A stretch of 64,000 nucleotides of DNA from Lama guanicoe (lineage: Eukaryota): NCBI GenBank assembly GCA_013239625.1, contig MU054323.1, forward strand, positions 620,001 through 684,000, given 5' to 3'. Below are positions 24,575 through 37,628 of this stretch, piece by piece; position 1 is the first letter of the stretch, and each line of letters begins with the position of its first letter. The translations under genes and the position numbers were made by a program. A model generated the notes under the pieces. That model was not told the origin of the DNA and ran no database searches. It saw only the letters and a program-made list of their open reading frames with translations.

Positions 24575-25620
24575 TTTCTTCTTCTTTTTATTTTTTAAAA
24601 ATTGAATATAGTAGATTTACAATTTGTATTAGTTTGTGGTGTACAGCATAGTGATTTGTTTATACATATATATATTCTTTTTCATATTCTTTTTCATTTC
24701 AAGGTATTTGAATATAGTTCCATGTGCTATACAGTAGGACCTTGTTGTTTATCAATTTTATATATAGTAGTATCTACAAATCCAGAATTTTGAATTTATC
24801 CTTCCCACCCTCTTCCCCCCAGTAACCATTAGTTTGTTTTCTATGTCTGTTGAGTCTGTCTCTGTTTTGTAAATAAGTTCATTTGTGTCCTTTTTTTTTT
24901 TTCAGATTTCAGTTATAAGTGGTATCATATGGTACTGTTCTTTGTCTTTCTGGTTTACTTCACTTAGGATGACAATCTCCAGGTCCATCCATGTTGCTGC
25001 AAATGGCATTATTTTATTCTTTTTTATGGCCAAGTAGTATTCCATTGTGTGTGTATGTACGTATGTATGTGTGTGTGTATATATATATATATACATATCC
25101 TCTTTATCCAGCCATCTGTCAATGGACATTTAGATTGCTTCCATGTTTTGGCTAAATACTGCTTCTGTGAACATTGAGGTACATGTATCTTTTCACATTA
25201 GAGTTTTGTCTGGATATATGCCTAGGAGTGGGGTTGTTAAATTACACGGTGACACTATTTTCAGTTTTTCAAGCAATCTCTGTACTTTTCTCTAATGGCT
25301 GCACCAAACTACCTTCCCACCAACAGTGTAGGAGGGTTCCCTTTTCTCCACACCCTCTCTAGCATAAATTGTTTGTGGACTTTTTAATGATGGTCATTCT
25401 GAACTGTGTGAGGTGATACCTCACTGTAGTTTTGATTTACAATTCTCTGATAGTTAGTGATACTGAGCATTTTTTCATGGGCCTAGTGGCCATTGATATG
25501 TCCTCATTGGAGAAATGTTTGTTAGGTCTTCTGCCTATTTTTGGATTGGATTGTTTGGTATTTGTGTGTGCGTGTGTTATTGTGTTGTATGAGCTCTTTG
25601 CGTATTCTGGAAATTAAGTA
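24575..25620 (-). mobile_element. LINE-1 3' fragment (ORF2 C-terminus and 3'UTR), about 1 kb
   Basis: Minus-strand translation MEYYLAIKKNKIMPFAATWMDLEIVILSEV matches the L1 ORF2 C-terminal region; artiodactyl-type 3'UTR and T-rich tail at left. Confidence 0.9.
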
Positions 25621-27019
25621 AAGGGATATGTTTGCTAACACAATAAACCTTGCAAAATTAGAAGAGAAGTGTTAATATCCAGTTGTACATTCTAAAGTCT
25701 TGCATTTATGTTGAGCTGCAGTTTAGACCCTGAATTTTCTAGTAGCCAGTGAAGAGGAAAGGATGATCAGTTACACAGTTCAATCAGTCACATGTGATGG
25801 AAGTACACCAATTGCTCAGGAAGAGCATTAGAAATGAGAAAAGGAGAAATTTCTCCTGGGCCAGCCCTGGAAAGACAACTCACCATGCTGTTCTGAACCA
25901 AGTCTACTATCCACATTTTAAAATAAGAACAGTAGAGTGCTAAATTGCTTGGTGTTGACACTTACGATGCCAAAGCACACTTCACAGGATTGATGAGAAT
26001 GAGGCCAACAGGATATCATCCAGGAACACAGCTTTCCAATGGTCGGATGGGGTAAGAGTTTTAATGGAATAGACATTCTACTTCATAGCCAAGTCTGTAT
26101 GTTTGTTTTCTAGGAGTGAGCTACTCATAAGTCCTGGAGAACAGAGAGTTTGAGGTTACACTCTCTTGTCTGATTTGAAGAATCTCAGAACTTAGTGGTG
26201 CTTTATGATGTCAGTCTCCTACTTTTCAACCCTTCCCTGTTTCAAGTCCCAGCTTTCTAGAGACTTCCTTCTGTCTCATTTTCCCTCATCAGTGCCCACT
26301 CTTCAGGGAGCACCTATTGGTTATTTGAGAGCCAATCTCTGTGTCCCTCTCCTGCCCTCCACTTAAAGGGGGCATTCATGGTTCTAGAAATTATTTTAAA
26401 ATTTTGCTTCAAAATGCCACCTAACAGCACCTCACATAGGCTCTCAGAATCTCACATTAAAAAGACAGTGGAACTCCTGTGAGACTCTGGGATGAAATTC
26501 GATCACCCTGACACGCGGCAGATATGCTGAGAAACAGGATTTGTCATTGGCCGGTGTTGCCCCTGAAAGAGACCAATGCAGCAATCCTGGGAGAAGACGG
26601 GGAGCGCCAGTGCTCCTCCCTGCGGGCTGCACCGTGGGAATCTGAACCTTCTGTGACTGCAAACTGCAGCTTTATACAGTCCTTCTTCTGATGTTCATTT
26701 CTGAGGCAACCCATTTCAAAAAATTTTATGCAGCATTATTGCTCTCCACTGTCCGCATCAGAGGCTTCCATTTAATATCTGGTGAGAGACTCTGTTTGTC
26801 AAAGAATGAATGACAAATGGCAGAAGGGAATTGGCAACAGATTGCTTCCTGGGAGATATAAGCACTCAAAGCACAGCACCACGGTGGGGACAGAAGAGAG
26901 ACCTGGGACTAGTGACCTGAGGAGGGGCTTCAACCTGCGCCCTTGCGGAGAGACAGTGATTTAGGAGCTGAAGCCGATCTCCTTAACATGAAAAAGAATA
27001 TGTTAAAATCAGCAGCTGA

Positions 27020-28620
27020 CTGCAAACATACTAAATGATGAAATATTATGGGCATTCTTTCTAAAATTCAAAATAAAATAGAAATGCCCTCTATCACAAT
27101 TATTATATAACTTTTTTTTTTTTGGCAGATGTGATGCATCTTGTTCAATCAACCTGGCCTATGATGTAACAGGTATTGTGTTAAGTGTTGGGGCCAAAAT
27201 GGTGTGCAAAAAGAGACATGGTATCTGGCCTCACGGAGTTTACAGTCTGGAAGGGAAGTAGATAGTAATTAAATGGTCACATGCAATATGTAAACTTGTA
27301 TTAGTGGTGAATGCCACCGAGGAGAGCTCCGTGGATACTCTGAGCATATGTAATTTGAGCATTGACAGAGAGAAAGTGAGCAGAGGACAGGTGGAAAGAT
27401 GTTAGGAGTTTACTGAGAAGAGTCCATGGAGTAGTGAGTAGGAATGAAGTGTTATAGGAGGGGGCAAAGGTCAGTGAAACTGGAGTTCAGAGAGGTGGGA
27501 GGTAGTGTGGACTGAGGCTGCTACGATAAATGAGGACCAGTCACGGCGGATTGCAGGCTGTATGTAGTAGAGAGCTGTGTCTGTATCATGAAAGAAACAG
27601 GAAGATGTTGTATTCATGGATCCGGGCGGCATGGTCATTCCATGTTGATAAGATAGTCCCTGCTGCAGGAGTGAGAGTAGATCAGAAGCGGCCAGTGGGA
27701 AGGTGAGCAGACGTGTTAGGGAGCTACGATCTCTGTGAGGATGGGATTTGATGTGGACTTGGACAAGCGTGGTGGTGGTGATGGAGGTGGAGAGAAGCAG
27801 ACAGGTCCAACCAACACGATAGCAGATGAAGCAGAATTAAGAGAAAAGTATTGAGAAGGAGGGGCCCAATGCTCTTATCTACTGGCAAGACAGTTATTTC
27901 CCCCAAAATCAAACATAATCAATGCAAATTCTCTTGAATTATTGAGTTTGATAAAAGGCAGATTATCTAATATTAGTTGAAAATCCTATATCTCAGCAAT
28001 AAACAGATGCTATAACAAGAAGTCAGTATATTCATAAACAAAATAATACAAAATACCCGATAGTAACCTGAATAAGAAATGTGCTGAGAACCAAAAAATA
28101 TTGAAACTGACAATGGTACTGACTGATACGAAAAAAAAAGAGTGAATGGAAGAAAAAATATGGTAACCCTTAACAGGAAGAGAACATATTGTGAAGAGAT
28201 CAATTCTTTGAAAACTGATTTACATATTGAATACAATATCCATGTCGAATATTCTATAAAGATTTCAAAAATCTTGATCAATTCATCTGGAGAACCAGCA
28301 GATAATTTAAAAAATTTTGTTTATTTAAAATTATTATTTTTAAGTAGAAGAATGTGGAGGGATTTCCCTTCCAGAGAGTAAATTAAATATGTGATGCTGG
28401 TGCGAGACTCAACTAACATTTGAATGGAAAGGACGAGTTACTGCCTTGAAGCAGATGGCAGCGTACAATAAAACTATCATCACAGCCCCATGGGGATGTA
28501 CTGGTCTGTGTAACAAATGGGGTTGGATTCAACATTCTGGTTTTAGGAAAGACTCCCGTAGGAGCCTCATTTTCAGCCATGATGTTTGACAGAGATTAGC
28601 ACAGTAAGGAAAAAATATTT
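27020..28620 (+). mobile_element. Old LINE-1 ORF2 remnants interrupted by an L2 insertion
   Basis: 27020-27135 resembles the ORF2 segment ILNGE...CPLSPLLF...FADD; 28130-28270 resembles the downstream W..GR.NIVK..ILPKLIY segment. Confidence 0.5.
27140..27850 (-). mobile_element. LINE-2 3' portion
   Basis: caggtattgtgttaagtgttgggg...ctcacggagtttacagtctggaaggg followed by purine-rich antisense L2 body. Confidence 0.7.
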
Positions 28621-30869
28621 GTGAATTTTCTAAGTTTTGAATTTTCCACTAGAGACGCAAACTCATCGAACTCTTCCGTGGACTGTTATCAATAATAAAC
28701 TTTAAGCCTTACTCCAGCACTTTTCTTTGCAAATAGAAGGTAAGAAACATCATAATATGAAGGTTCTGTAATATTCCTTTGCAGCTGTAGGTATTACCCA
28801 ATTTGCTTATAAAGCGTAATGAATCTATAAATTGAATATGTATTTTATCTCCACAGGGTCCTCAAATATTTTTGTCCAGTATGTTCTTAATAGTTTTTCA
28901 TTCTTTAGATTTTTTTTTAAGTGGTCCCTCAAACAACTGGCTCAGAAGCATGCTGGCATATACGCAGATTTGGGGATCTTCAGTGTATTTAAATGTTACT
29001 CAGTGGGGAAAGAAGACTAACACATTTTCTCTCTCCTCTCTTGCTCAGCCCTCAGTGACTAATTCACTCCCGTAAAATGTTCGGAGTAATATAGCTAAAG
29101 AGAAATATCTAAAGCTTATGCATATTTCAGAACCTTTCTCATTTTGTTTCAATTTCCTATGAGATCTACCATTTCTAAATTTATTAAACTAAACGATGAA
29201 ACATGGAACGCCACATTGGCCTTGTGAAGGGGAAGTTCAGATCAGAGGAACAACCATTTAATGCACGAACCTTTGGCGAGGTGGTCAATTACCCTGAGAT
29301 ATGTGGTATCAAGTCAGACATGACACGAGGCTGTGTCTGTCTCCAGGACCTTACAGTCTGTAAAGAACCACAGTCAAAACGTGAGCCACTGCACTCTGGC
29401 CCAAGTCCCCTTGACCAATGTGACTAATGGTCCTCTTTGCCCATGGAGTAGTTTGTTCGATATGAAGCTAAAACGTTTGTTCTGTGACAAACGACAAGCT
29501 CTCGTGGGCATCAAACCTAAACTCCAGGCTTGGTCTCTGGTGTGCTCTTCTCAACCACAATCCTCAGAAACAATTCTTTCTGGTTTCATATTGGGTCATC
29601 GTAAATTTGCTTTTGGTGGAGGAGAGAGAAGGAAGTTGGGAACATTGGTTGCAAAACTGAATCCATACCAACACTAATTTCTAATTTCAGTTTAAGAATA
29701 AAGGAGAATTTTTCAAGAGTCCCCATCCTTTGGGCACCTCAAAGATTGGGAAAGTGTACCACTCATGGTCAACAATGATGAGTTTCATCCATCTGAGCCC
29801 ATTCTCTCCACTTTCCTTGCTCAAGGAAATTTCTATTAGGAAGAATAAAGAGTACAGACCAGCACTCAGTCATGGGAAACAATGACATATTTCCATTCTG
29901 GCCCTAGGTGGAAGAGAGAATTTGATTTCTGAATTATGGGCATTTTATTACCTCCCCTGATCATAACAGAATAAAACCTCCACTTGGAGCTCTTAAGAAT
30001 CAGGACAGTGACACAGGCCAGCTTTTCATGTCATCTATTAAAGCTTCAGTCATTCTCCACAATTCATCTCTTTTCTTAGCAAAGGTCTAGATAGTTCATT
30101 GCTTAATATTAATTCCTTTGAATGGTTTTCCCTTTCAAGTGATTTGGCTAATCTGGCCTGTGTGTACTATCCAGGGGTCACACATTCCATCAAACCCCTG
30201 CTATTTATTGATCTCTGACTGTATGCCACGCACTCTGCTGGAGTTTTGCATGCATTATTTTGCTCGATTTTCACCAAATTTGAGGTGGGTTTCACAATTT
30301 TTCAACTCACATATTTAGGAAAAAATAACCAATAGTGGCTTTGTCTACCGGATTCACCCATTTAGAATCAATTGATGCTAGCTGCTCCTCTAAATGAGCA
30401 GAGATGGCAATATCTGAGAACAAATGTTACATACTGTGTGAGGAGTCACTGACATGCCTTCCTAAGTCATGGAACTGTAAGGATTCCATTGGCTTAACGG
30501 ATGGTTCAACAGAAGCTTTCGGGCTTGATCAAACCTGGTCACTTGCGGGTTGGGGATACAGACACTGGTAACCTGCCCATGTTCCTTAAGGCTCTCAGTG
30601 TGGTGGGTGATGAGGATGAGTGAGGATATAATACACTAAAAGTTGAATGATGGCTCACAGCCATGTGAGTTCAGTGGAGCCACCAATGGAGCTGCCAGCC
30701 TGAGCAGTGGCACTGGAACTCTCAGGTGAGAAGAGTCTGGAAGAGTGAGTGCATCTCTGAGGGCATCTTGGAAGAAGTGGACTTTGCCCTGGCCCTGAAG
30801 CCTGGTTTATCTGGAGCCAGAGCATCCTGACTCAAATTGGTTACGATAGCAAAACAGTTCTCCCACGTA

Positions 30870-31290
30870 ATGAAGATGCATCAGAGGAGCAGGCTCCCGG
30901 CATCTCAGCACTGGGGCTCCATCTCTGCTTCTCTGCAGTCACTCTCAGTTCCATCCTCCTCTGAACTTGGGATACTCTCACCATAACACAGCAGTTCCAG
31001 GAGCCAAATGCAGGCAGGACAAAAAGCCCAGAGGAAGAATAAGTCTTTCTCTGCCTCCTTCTTAGGAGCAAGATAAACATTCCTAAAATTCCCCCAGTGG
31101 ATTTTCCTGTATTGCTCATTGACCAGAGATTCCATCACACGTCCAATACTAAACCAATCGCTGGTGGGAAAGGGAGATTACCCTGACTGGCTGGTACCAA
31201 TCAGGCTTTGCTCTTGGAGCAGAAGATGTAGTGGGCTTGTAAGGGGGTGACTTTCTGAAAATAATTTGGGTTACTTGAGAAAGAAGAAGG
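30870..31290 (-). mobile_element. Old MLT1-type LTR fragment
   Basis: ctcattgaccagag...cacacgtccaatactaaaccaatcgctgg motif typical of MLT1K/L. Confidence 0.5.
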
Positions 31291-32250
31291 ACCAGCATTG
31301 TGTATGTTATGCACAAAAATTTGTTTTAAATAATTAGAATAGGGACAGTCTAAACAGGGACAAAAGTGAGAATGCCTCGTTTGAAGAGAAATGATTAATC
31401 TGATGGATGTTTGAAGGCACAAGGCGGAGCTAGGCCCAGAAGAGGGTGGATCCTGGGCTGCTGGTATCTTCAGCCTGGAACAGTCCTCGAACCTTGACAT
31501 GAATGTCTCATGTGCCCCTTGGGTGCACATATTGGGTGCTGATGTGTCTCTGTTAACTGATGTCCTGGCAAAAGGTGGGATGGGTGTTCTGGATGATGGA
31601 GAGATGACAAAATGGAAACAGGTCATATCATACAGGCCAAGGAGACCATCAGAGTTAAAAGACCAGGCACTGTTTTGCCTTCATTGAGGTGAGTGCTGCC
31701 AACTTGCATGTAGCCCAGTCGGCATTCCTGCATCTTCTGTCTCTTCAAGGGAACTGTGTGGTCATCTTTTTCTCTGAGAGTCTGTTTACCATACTCTTCC
31801 CAGTTGGGGTCAATATGGTACTTTCCCAGTCAGTGATTGCTATGAGCGTGGCACTTCTTTGGTCCTCCCAGGCATGAACCCGACAAGGCAGCCAATGAAG
31901 GCAAAAGTGCACTGCCCCTGCTTTGTATGGGTGCGATTCGTGGTTTGGGACTGTGACAGGGAGAAAGTTTGGGGATGGATTGCTTTGAGATGCCAAAACT
32001 CTGCATAGTAAAAGGACAATTATGATATCAGAAAACTTCCTCTTTCTCAAAATATTTCATCCAACTCTCACGCCAACTGTACGAGGAAAGAAGAGCACGT
32101 TTCCCCAGAGGAGTCGAAAGTCCAGAACAGGCAGGTAGATTTTCCAAGGTCACACAGCCTGTAAATGATGAAGCTGACAGCAGAACTCAGGATCTTTGAC
32201 TCTCTGCCCTGGGAGCTTTTAGCAAGTTCTCAGCAATGAGTTGAGGCAAG

Positions 32251-32773
32251 TGTCTTAGTTATATCCATTGCTGCATAGCTAATTATCCCAAATAGTGGCT
32301 TAAACAATAAAAATTATCTCACAGTTTCTGTAGGTCAGGAATTCGGGAGTCGATCAGCTGAACAGTTCTGGTTCAGTTGTTGACTGGAACCAGTAAAGCC
32401 AAAGCTTGACCAGGGCGGCGGGATCTGTGTCTAAGCTCAGTCACGTGGCTTTGGGTAGAAGCCCCCGTTCTTCGCTGGCCATTGATGGGAGGCCTGTTTC
32501 TCACCACATGGGCCTCGCCATAGGGCTTCTTGAGTGTCCTCAGGACGTGGCAGCTGGCTTCCCCCTGAGCAAGCGGTAGGAGAGAAAGAGCAAGATGGCA
32601 GCCAAAATGTCTTTTGTGACCTACTGCCCAGAAGTCACACGCCGTCATCTCTGCCCCATCCTGTTCATTAGAAGTCAGTCGTTTAGTTCAGCTCACATTC
32701 CAGGGGAGGGAAATTAATCACCTCTTGATGGGAGTGGTATCAAAGGATTTGTGGGCATATTTTAAAACCACCA
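32251..32773 (-). mobile_element. MLT1F/G-like MaLR solo LTR
   Basis: tgtcttagtt...agtggcttaaacaa...ctcacagtttctgtaggtcaggaattc...cagaagtcacac...ttttaaaaccaccac. Confidence 0.8.
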
Positions 32774-32859
32774 CGGCAGCCAAAGTGCAGCTTGTATCCT
32801 GGCACCTGAGCCGCATTAAATTTGAAAGCATTGGAATGCCCAAGTGCGATTCCCAGTAA

Positions 32860-33400
32860 TGACAGACTCAGATGACTCAGCAGGAAGTATTGGTGGGGCA
32901 GGGGCGGGGGTGAGGGCAGGATCGGGATTTGACTGAGGTCATCAATAAAAACCTCAATTATTGGAATTATGTTGGTTCCAGAGCTCTGGATAAGTGAGGA
33001 GAGAGAGCACCTCGTAGGAAGCGTGGTGGGGGGAGGGCTGAGTGAAATTTCCCGCTCAACGCTCAACCGTGGTAACACACGCTCGACGATGCTCGCCGTT
33101 ATCATCAACATGACACCCCGTCCCCATTCTGGGGGCTATGTGGCCGCAGAGAACCCGGGTCTCCGTCTCCAGGGCAGGGAGCTGTGCCGCGATCAGAAGA
33201 CAGGAGATCTTTTACTCGTGTTCTCTCAGCGGTTTCCAGAGCTCTGGAGACAGCCCGGCATTCCTGGACCAGGGAGGCAAGCACGGAGTGGTACCTCGTC
33301 TGCCCCCACCGCAGCCCCAGCGGGGGCTTTCAGCCCAATGCCTTCATCCCCGGGAACCTTGAGAGAGCTGGCAAATACTCGACACAGATAAAAGATAATT
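32860..33400. promoter_or_regulatory. Candidate regulatory module (ARE + ETS + GC box) with local CpG enrichment
   Basis: ATGACTCAGCA 32872-32882, CAGGAAGT 32881-32888, GGGGCGGGG 32901-32909. Confidence 0.4.
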
Positions 33401-36400
33401 GAACAAGGAGTGAGTAGTAAACGGTGACAAAGTGCTATTTCCATAAGAAGCTTATCTGAGTAAACTTTCTCAGAGCCCCTGAGTTCCCGAGCAGGGTGTG
33501 GATTTGGCAATAGTAAAGACACAGGCCACGCCAGGAATGTCTAGGGAGCTAATGAATGCCCCTGAAGTGGTTGACGTGTCTATCTCTGCTTTGGATCCCT
33601 GCCACCTTGACGCTAGTGTCAGCCGGTGTTTAATTGGCAAACAGGGCTTCAAAGACTTGCTGGGCCCTGCTCCCAGGGCCCCGGGGCCTGTTAATATTTA
33701 ATTGTCATGTGCAAGGGCCCACTAGCTCTTGGTAGATTTGGGTGTTTTATTGCACTTTGAAAAAGCACTATTATGAGTCTCCTCCATGGGCGTTTTTTTA
33801 CAGACATGCCTTAGAGTCACGTGTTGCTTAAGCCCGACTCCTGTTAGCAAAGCCACCAAGTTAGGCAGCAGAGGTGGAGCGAGTCACTTTCAAGCTGGAA
33901 ATACATTAGATTTACTGCATTGGTTCAAAAATCAAGAGGTATCCAGGGAACATCTGGAATGACCAAAAAATTAAAAAAAAAAAGCCAACTTGGGGACTTG
34001 GGAGTGGAGGGGAGAAGGGAACATCACAAAAGTGAAATTGCTAAATGACAAAAATGATATAATTCCACCCCTGAGTGGTGACAGTGCCGCTGCCCTTGAA
34101 CCTGGCTCTGTCACTCATGGCTCTGCCGGAAACACAGAAGTTCTCAAGTTTTTTTTTTTTTTTCTTCCTTATTCCTCTCCTGAAAAGGATCTCTCTGCTT
34201 TATATTGTTCATGTAATTTAAGCAGTCAAAAGAGTCTGTCTTGATAAGACTGTATAACCTTCATCTAATTTCGGAGGGGAAAAGAAGAAATAATGGAAGA
34301 CAAATACTTTTTTTTTCCCCTCAAACTAAATGGACATGGTGAATATGAGTCACTTCCAACTTTCTGACATTTGAAAAGCACTTCTTTGAATTTCCTTGGA
34401 TTTTCAACTCAGTTTAACTGAACACATCTTCATTGCGTGTTTATGAAGAAACCAAATCAAATAATTTTTTTAGTTTTTGAATTAGTGGCTTTTTATAGAA
34501 ATTGCCTCCTTTGTTGTATTCTGGAAACATATCAGTTTGTTGTTTTAATTATCCTTTTGCTGATTGTGAATATCTCCCAAAGAAAAGAATGTAAAGAAAA
34601 ATATCTAATTACATCACTTATATCAGAATGGCAAAAACGTGTATTTATCTTGTTTGTTAATTATATATGTCACAGCTAAAGACCAAACATCAGTTAATGT
34701 CGACATTAGCCAGAAGGGTCTGGTAAACATCAAGAAGTAGGTGAATAATAAATTAAAAACAATATAGCAAGTGGAAAGCATGTTTATCTTCTGTATGTTT
34801 AGATTAAATCAAAATCTCTTTGTACTCTCTTTTTGCCCATTTCTGCTCTCTAAACATAGTCAGATTTCCAAATTATGGATCTCCGAGAAATCTGCTTTCT
34901 AGCCGAATCGCTGCTATGAGCAAGTTTCAGGTCACTCAGCGTGTGGTCAGGTTTTGAAGGCGATGTAGCAGACACTTGAAGTCTTTCAAAGGACTTCATC
35001 CCTTTCCTCTAGTCCTTTTGTTTGCCTTGGTCCCCAGTTCTTTGCTCCCTACCACTGTCTTAGCGACTCCTCTCCTTTGTCAAGAGGTAAGCAGACAGCC
35101 TCTTCCCATCAAAGCCAGCACCCTGAAGTTCAGTCACATCCAGGGCTCCACCGTCCCAGAGCTCCGGCCTCCTATGAATGTAGATTTAGGAATAACTTCT
35201 TATGCACAAAGCATCAGCCCTCCAAGTCCATATGCACAGTTAATTAGTTTACGCCCTAAAATTTACGCGATTTCCTTCTTGATAGAAATGAGAAGTGGTA
35301 AAGACGAGAGGCCTTTATTCACACTTTATCAGCCATTTTAAATTAAGGGGTATATTATCCTCCAGATAGATTTATAGGAACACCCATTATGCACCTCACT
35401 CCTACGATCATTAACGGNNNNNNNNNNNNNNNNNNNNNNNNNNNNNNNNAGCTCTGGAGACAGCCCGGCATTCCTGGACCAGGGAGGCAAGCACGGAGTG
35501 GTACCTCGTCTGCCCCCACCGCAGCCCCAGCGGGGGCTTTCAGCCCAATGCCTTCATCCCCGGGAACCTTGAGAGAGCTGGCAAATACTCGACACAGATA
35601 AAAGATAATTGAACAAGGAGTGAGTAGTAAACGGTGACAAAGTGCTATTTCCATAAGAAGCTTATCTGAGTAAACTTTCTCAGAGCCCCTGAGTTCCCGA
35701 GCAGGGTGTGGATTTGGCAATAGTAAAGACACAGGCCACGCCAGGAATGTCTAGGGAGCTAATGAATGCCCCTGAAGTGGTTGACGTGTCTATCTCTGCT
35801 TTGGATCCCTGCCACCTTGACGCTAGTGTCAGCCGGTGTTTAATTGGCAAACAGGGCTTCAAAGACTTGCTGGGCCCTGCTCCCAGGGCCCCGGGGCCTG
35901 TTAATATTTAATTGTCATGTGCAAGGGCCCACTAGCTCTTGGTAGATTTGGGTGTTTTATTGCACTTTGAAAAAGCACTATTATGAGTCTCCTCCATGGG
36001 CGTTTTTTTACAGACATGCCTTAGAGTCACATGTTGCTTAAGCCCGACTCCGGTTAGCAAAGCCACCGAGTTAGGCAGCAGAGGTGGAGCGAGTCACTTT
36101 CAAGCTGGAAATACACTAGATTTACTGCATTGGTTCAAAAATCAAGAGGTATCCAGGGAACATCTGGAATGACCAAAAAATTAAAAAAAAAAAGCCAACT
36201 TGGGGACTTGGGAGTGGAGGGGAGAAGGGAACATCACAAAAGTGAAATTGCTAAATGACAAAAATGATATAATTCCACCCCTGAGTGGTGACAGTGCCGC
36301 TGCCCTTGAACCTGGCTCTGTCACTCATGGCTCTGCCGGAAACACAGAAGTTCTCAAGTTTTTTTTTTTTTTCTTCCTTATTCCTCTCCTGAAAAGGATC

Positions 36401-37628
36401 TCTCTGCTTTATATTGTTCATGTAATTTAAGCAGTCAAAAGAGTCTGTCTTGATAAGACTGTATAACCTTCATCTAATTTCGGAGGGGAAAAGAAGAAAT
36501 AATGGAAGACAAATACTTTTTTTTTCCCCTCAAACTAAATGGACATGGTGAATATGAGTCACTTCCAACTTTCTGACATTTGAAAAGCACTTCTTTGAAT
36601 TTCCTTGGATTTTCAACTCAGTTTAACTGAACACATCTTCATTGCGTGTTTATGAAGAAACCAAATCAAATAATTTTTTTAGTTTTTGAATTAGTGGCTT
36701 TTTATAGAAATTGCCTCCTTTGTTGTATTCTGGAAACATATCAGTTTGTTGTTTTAATTATCCTTTTGCTGATTGTGAATATCTCCCAAAGAAAAGAATG
36801 TAAAGAAAAATATCTAATTACATCACTTATATCAGAATGGCAAAAACGTGTATTTATCTTGTTTGTTAATTATATATGTCACAGCTAAAGACCAAACATC
36901 AGTTAATGTCGACATTAGCCAGAAGGGTCTGGTAAACATCAAGAAGTAGGTGAATAATAAATTAAAAACAATATAGCAAGTGGAAAGCATGTTTATCTTC
37001 TGTATGTTTAGATTAAATCAAAATCTCTTTGTACTCTCTTTTTGAGAGCATTTCTGCTCTCTAAACATAGTCAGATTTCCAAATTATGGATCTCCGAGAA
37101 ATCTGCTTTCTAGCCGAATCGCTGCTATGAGCAAGTTTCAGGTCACTCAGCGTGTGGTCAGGTTTTGAAGGCGATGTAGCAGACACTTGAAGTCTTTCAA
37201 AGGACTTCATCCCTTTCCTCTAGTCCTTTTGTTTGCCTTGGTCCCCAGTTCTTTGCTCCCTACCACTGTCTTAGCGACTCCTCTCCTTTGTCAAGAGGTA
37301 AGCAGACAGCCTCTTCCCATCAAAGCCAGCACCCTGAAGTTCAGTCACATCCAGGGCTCCACCGTCCCAGAGCTCCGGCCTCCTATGAATGTAGATTTAG
37401 GAATAACTTCTTATGCACAAAGCATCAGCCCTCCAAGTCCATATGCACAGTTAATTAGTTTACGCCCTAAAATTTACGCGATTTCCTTCTTGATAGAAAT
37501 GAGAAGTGGTAAAGACGAGAGGCCTTTATTCACACTTTATCAGCCATTTTAAATTAAGGGGTATATTATCCTCCAGATAGATTTATAGGAACACCCATTA
37601 TGCACCTCACTCCTACGATCATTAACGG
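33240..37628 (+). repeat. 2.18-kb near-identical direct duplication flanking an assembly gap
   Basis: 33240-35417 vs 35450-37628, separated by 32 Ns; I found 4 substitutions and 2 small indels by eye. Confidence 0.97.
35418..35449. other. Assembly gap (32 N)
   Basis: Run of N. Confidence 1.

Noticed and set aside
24902..25617. ORFs with protein-like sequence
   Set aside because: Disrupted L1 ORF2 C-terminus and its antisense translations, not a host gene
25988..26051. Possible 64-nt exon (cttcacag|...ggg|gtaaga)
   Set aside because: Short pyrimidine tract; the open-frame peptide IDENEANRISSRNTAFQWSDG is not recognisable; no partner exons
29203..29427. ATG-initiated 74-aa ORF with plausible composition
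   Set aside because: No recognisable family, splice structure or poly(A)/TSD signature; length expected by chance
32969..37552. Pairs of identical ORFs suggesting duplicated genes
   Set aside because: They only mirror the 2.18-kb duplication; the peptides resemble no known protein and overlap on both strands
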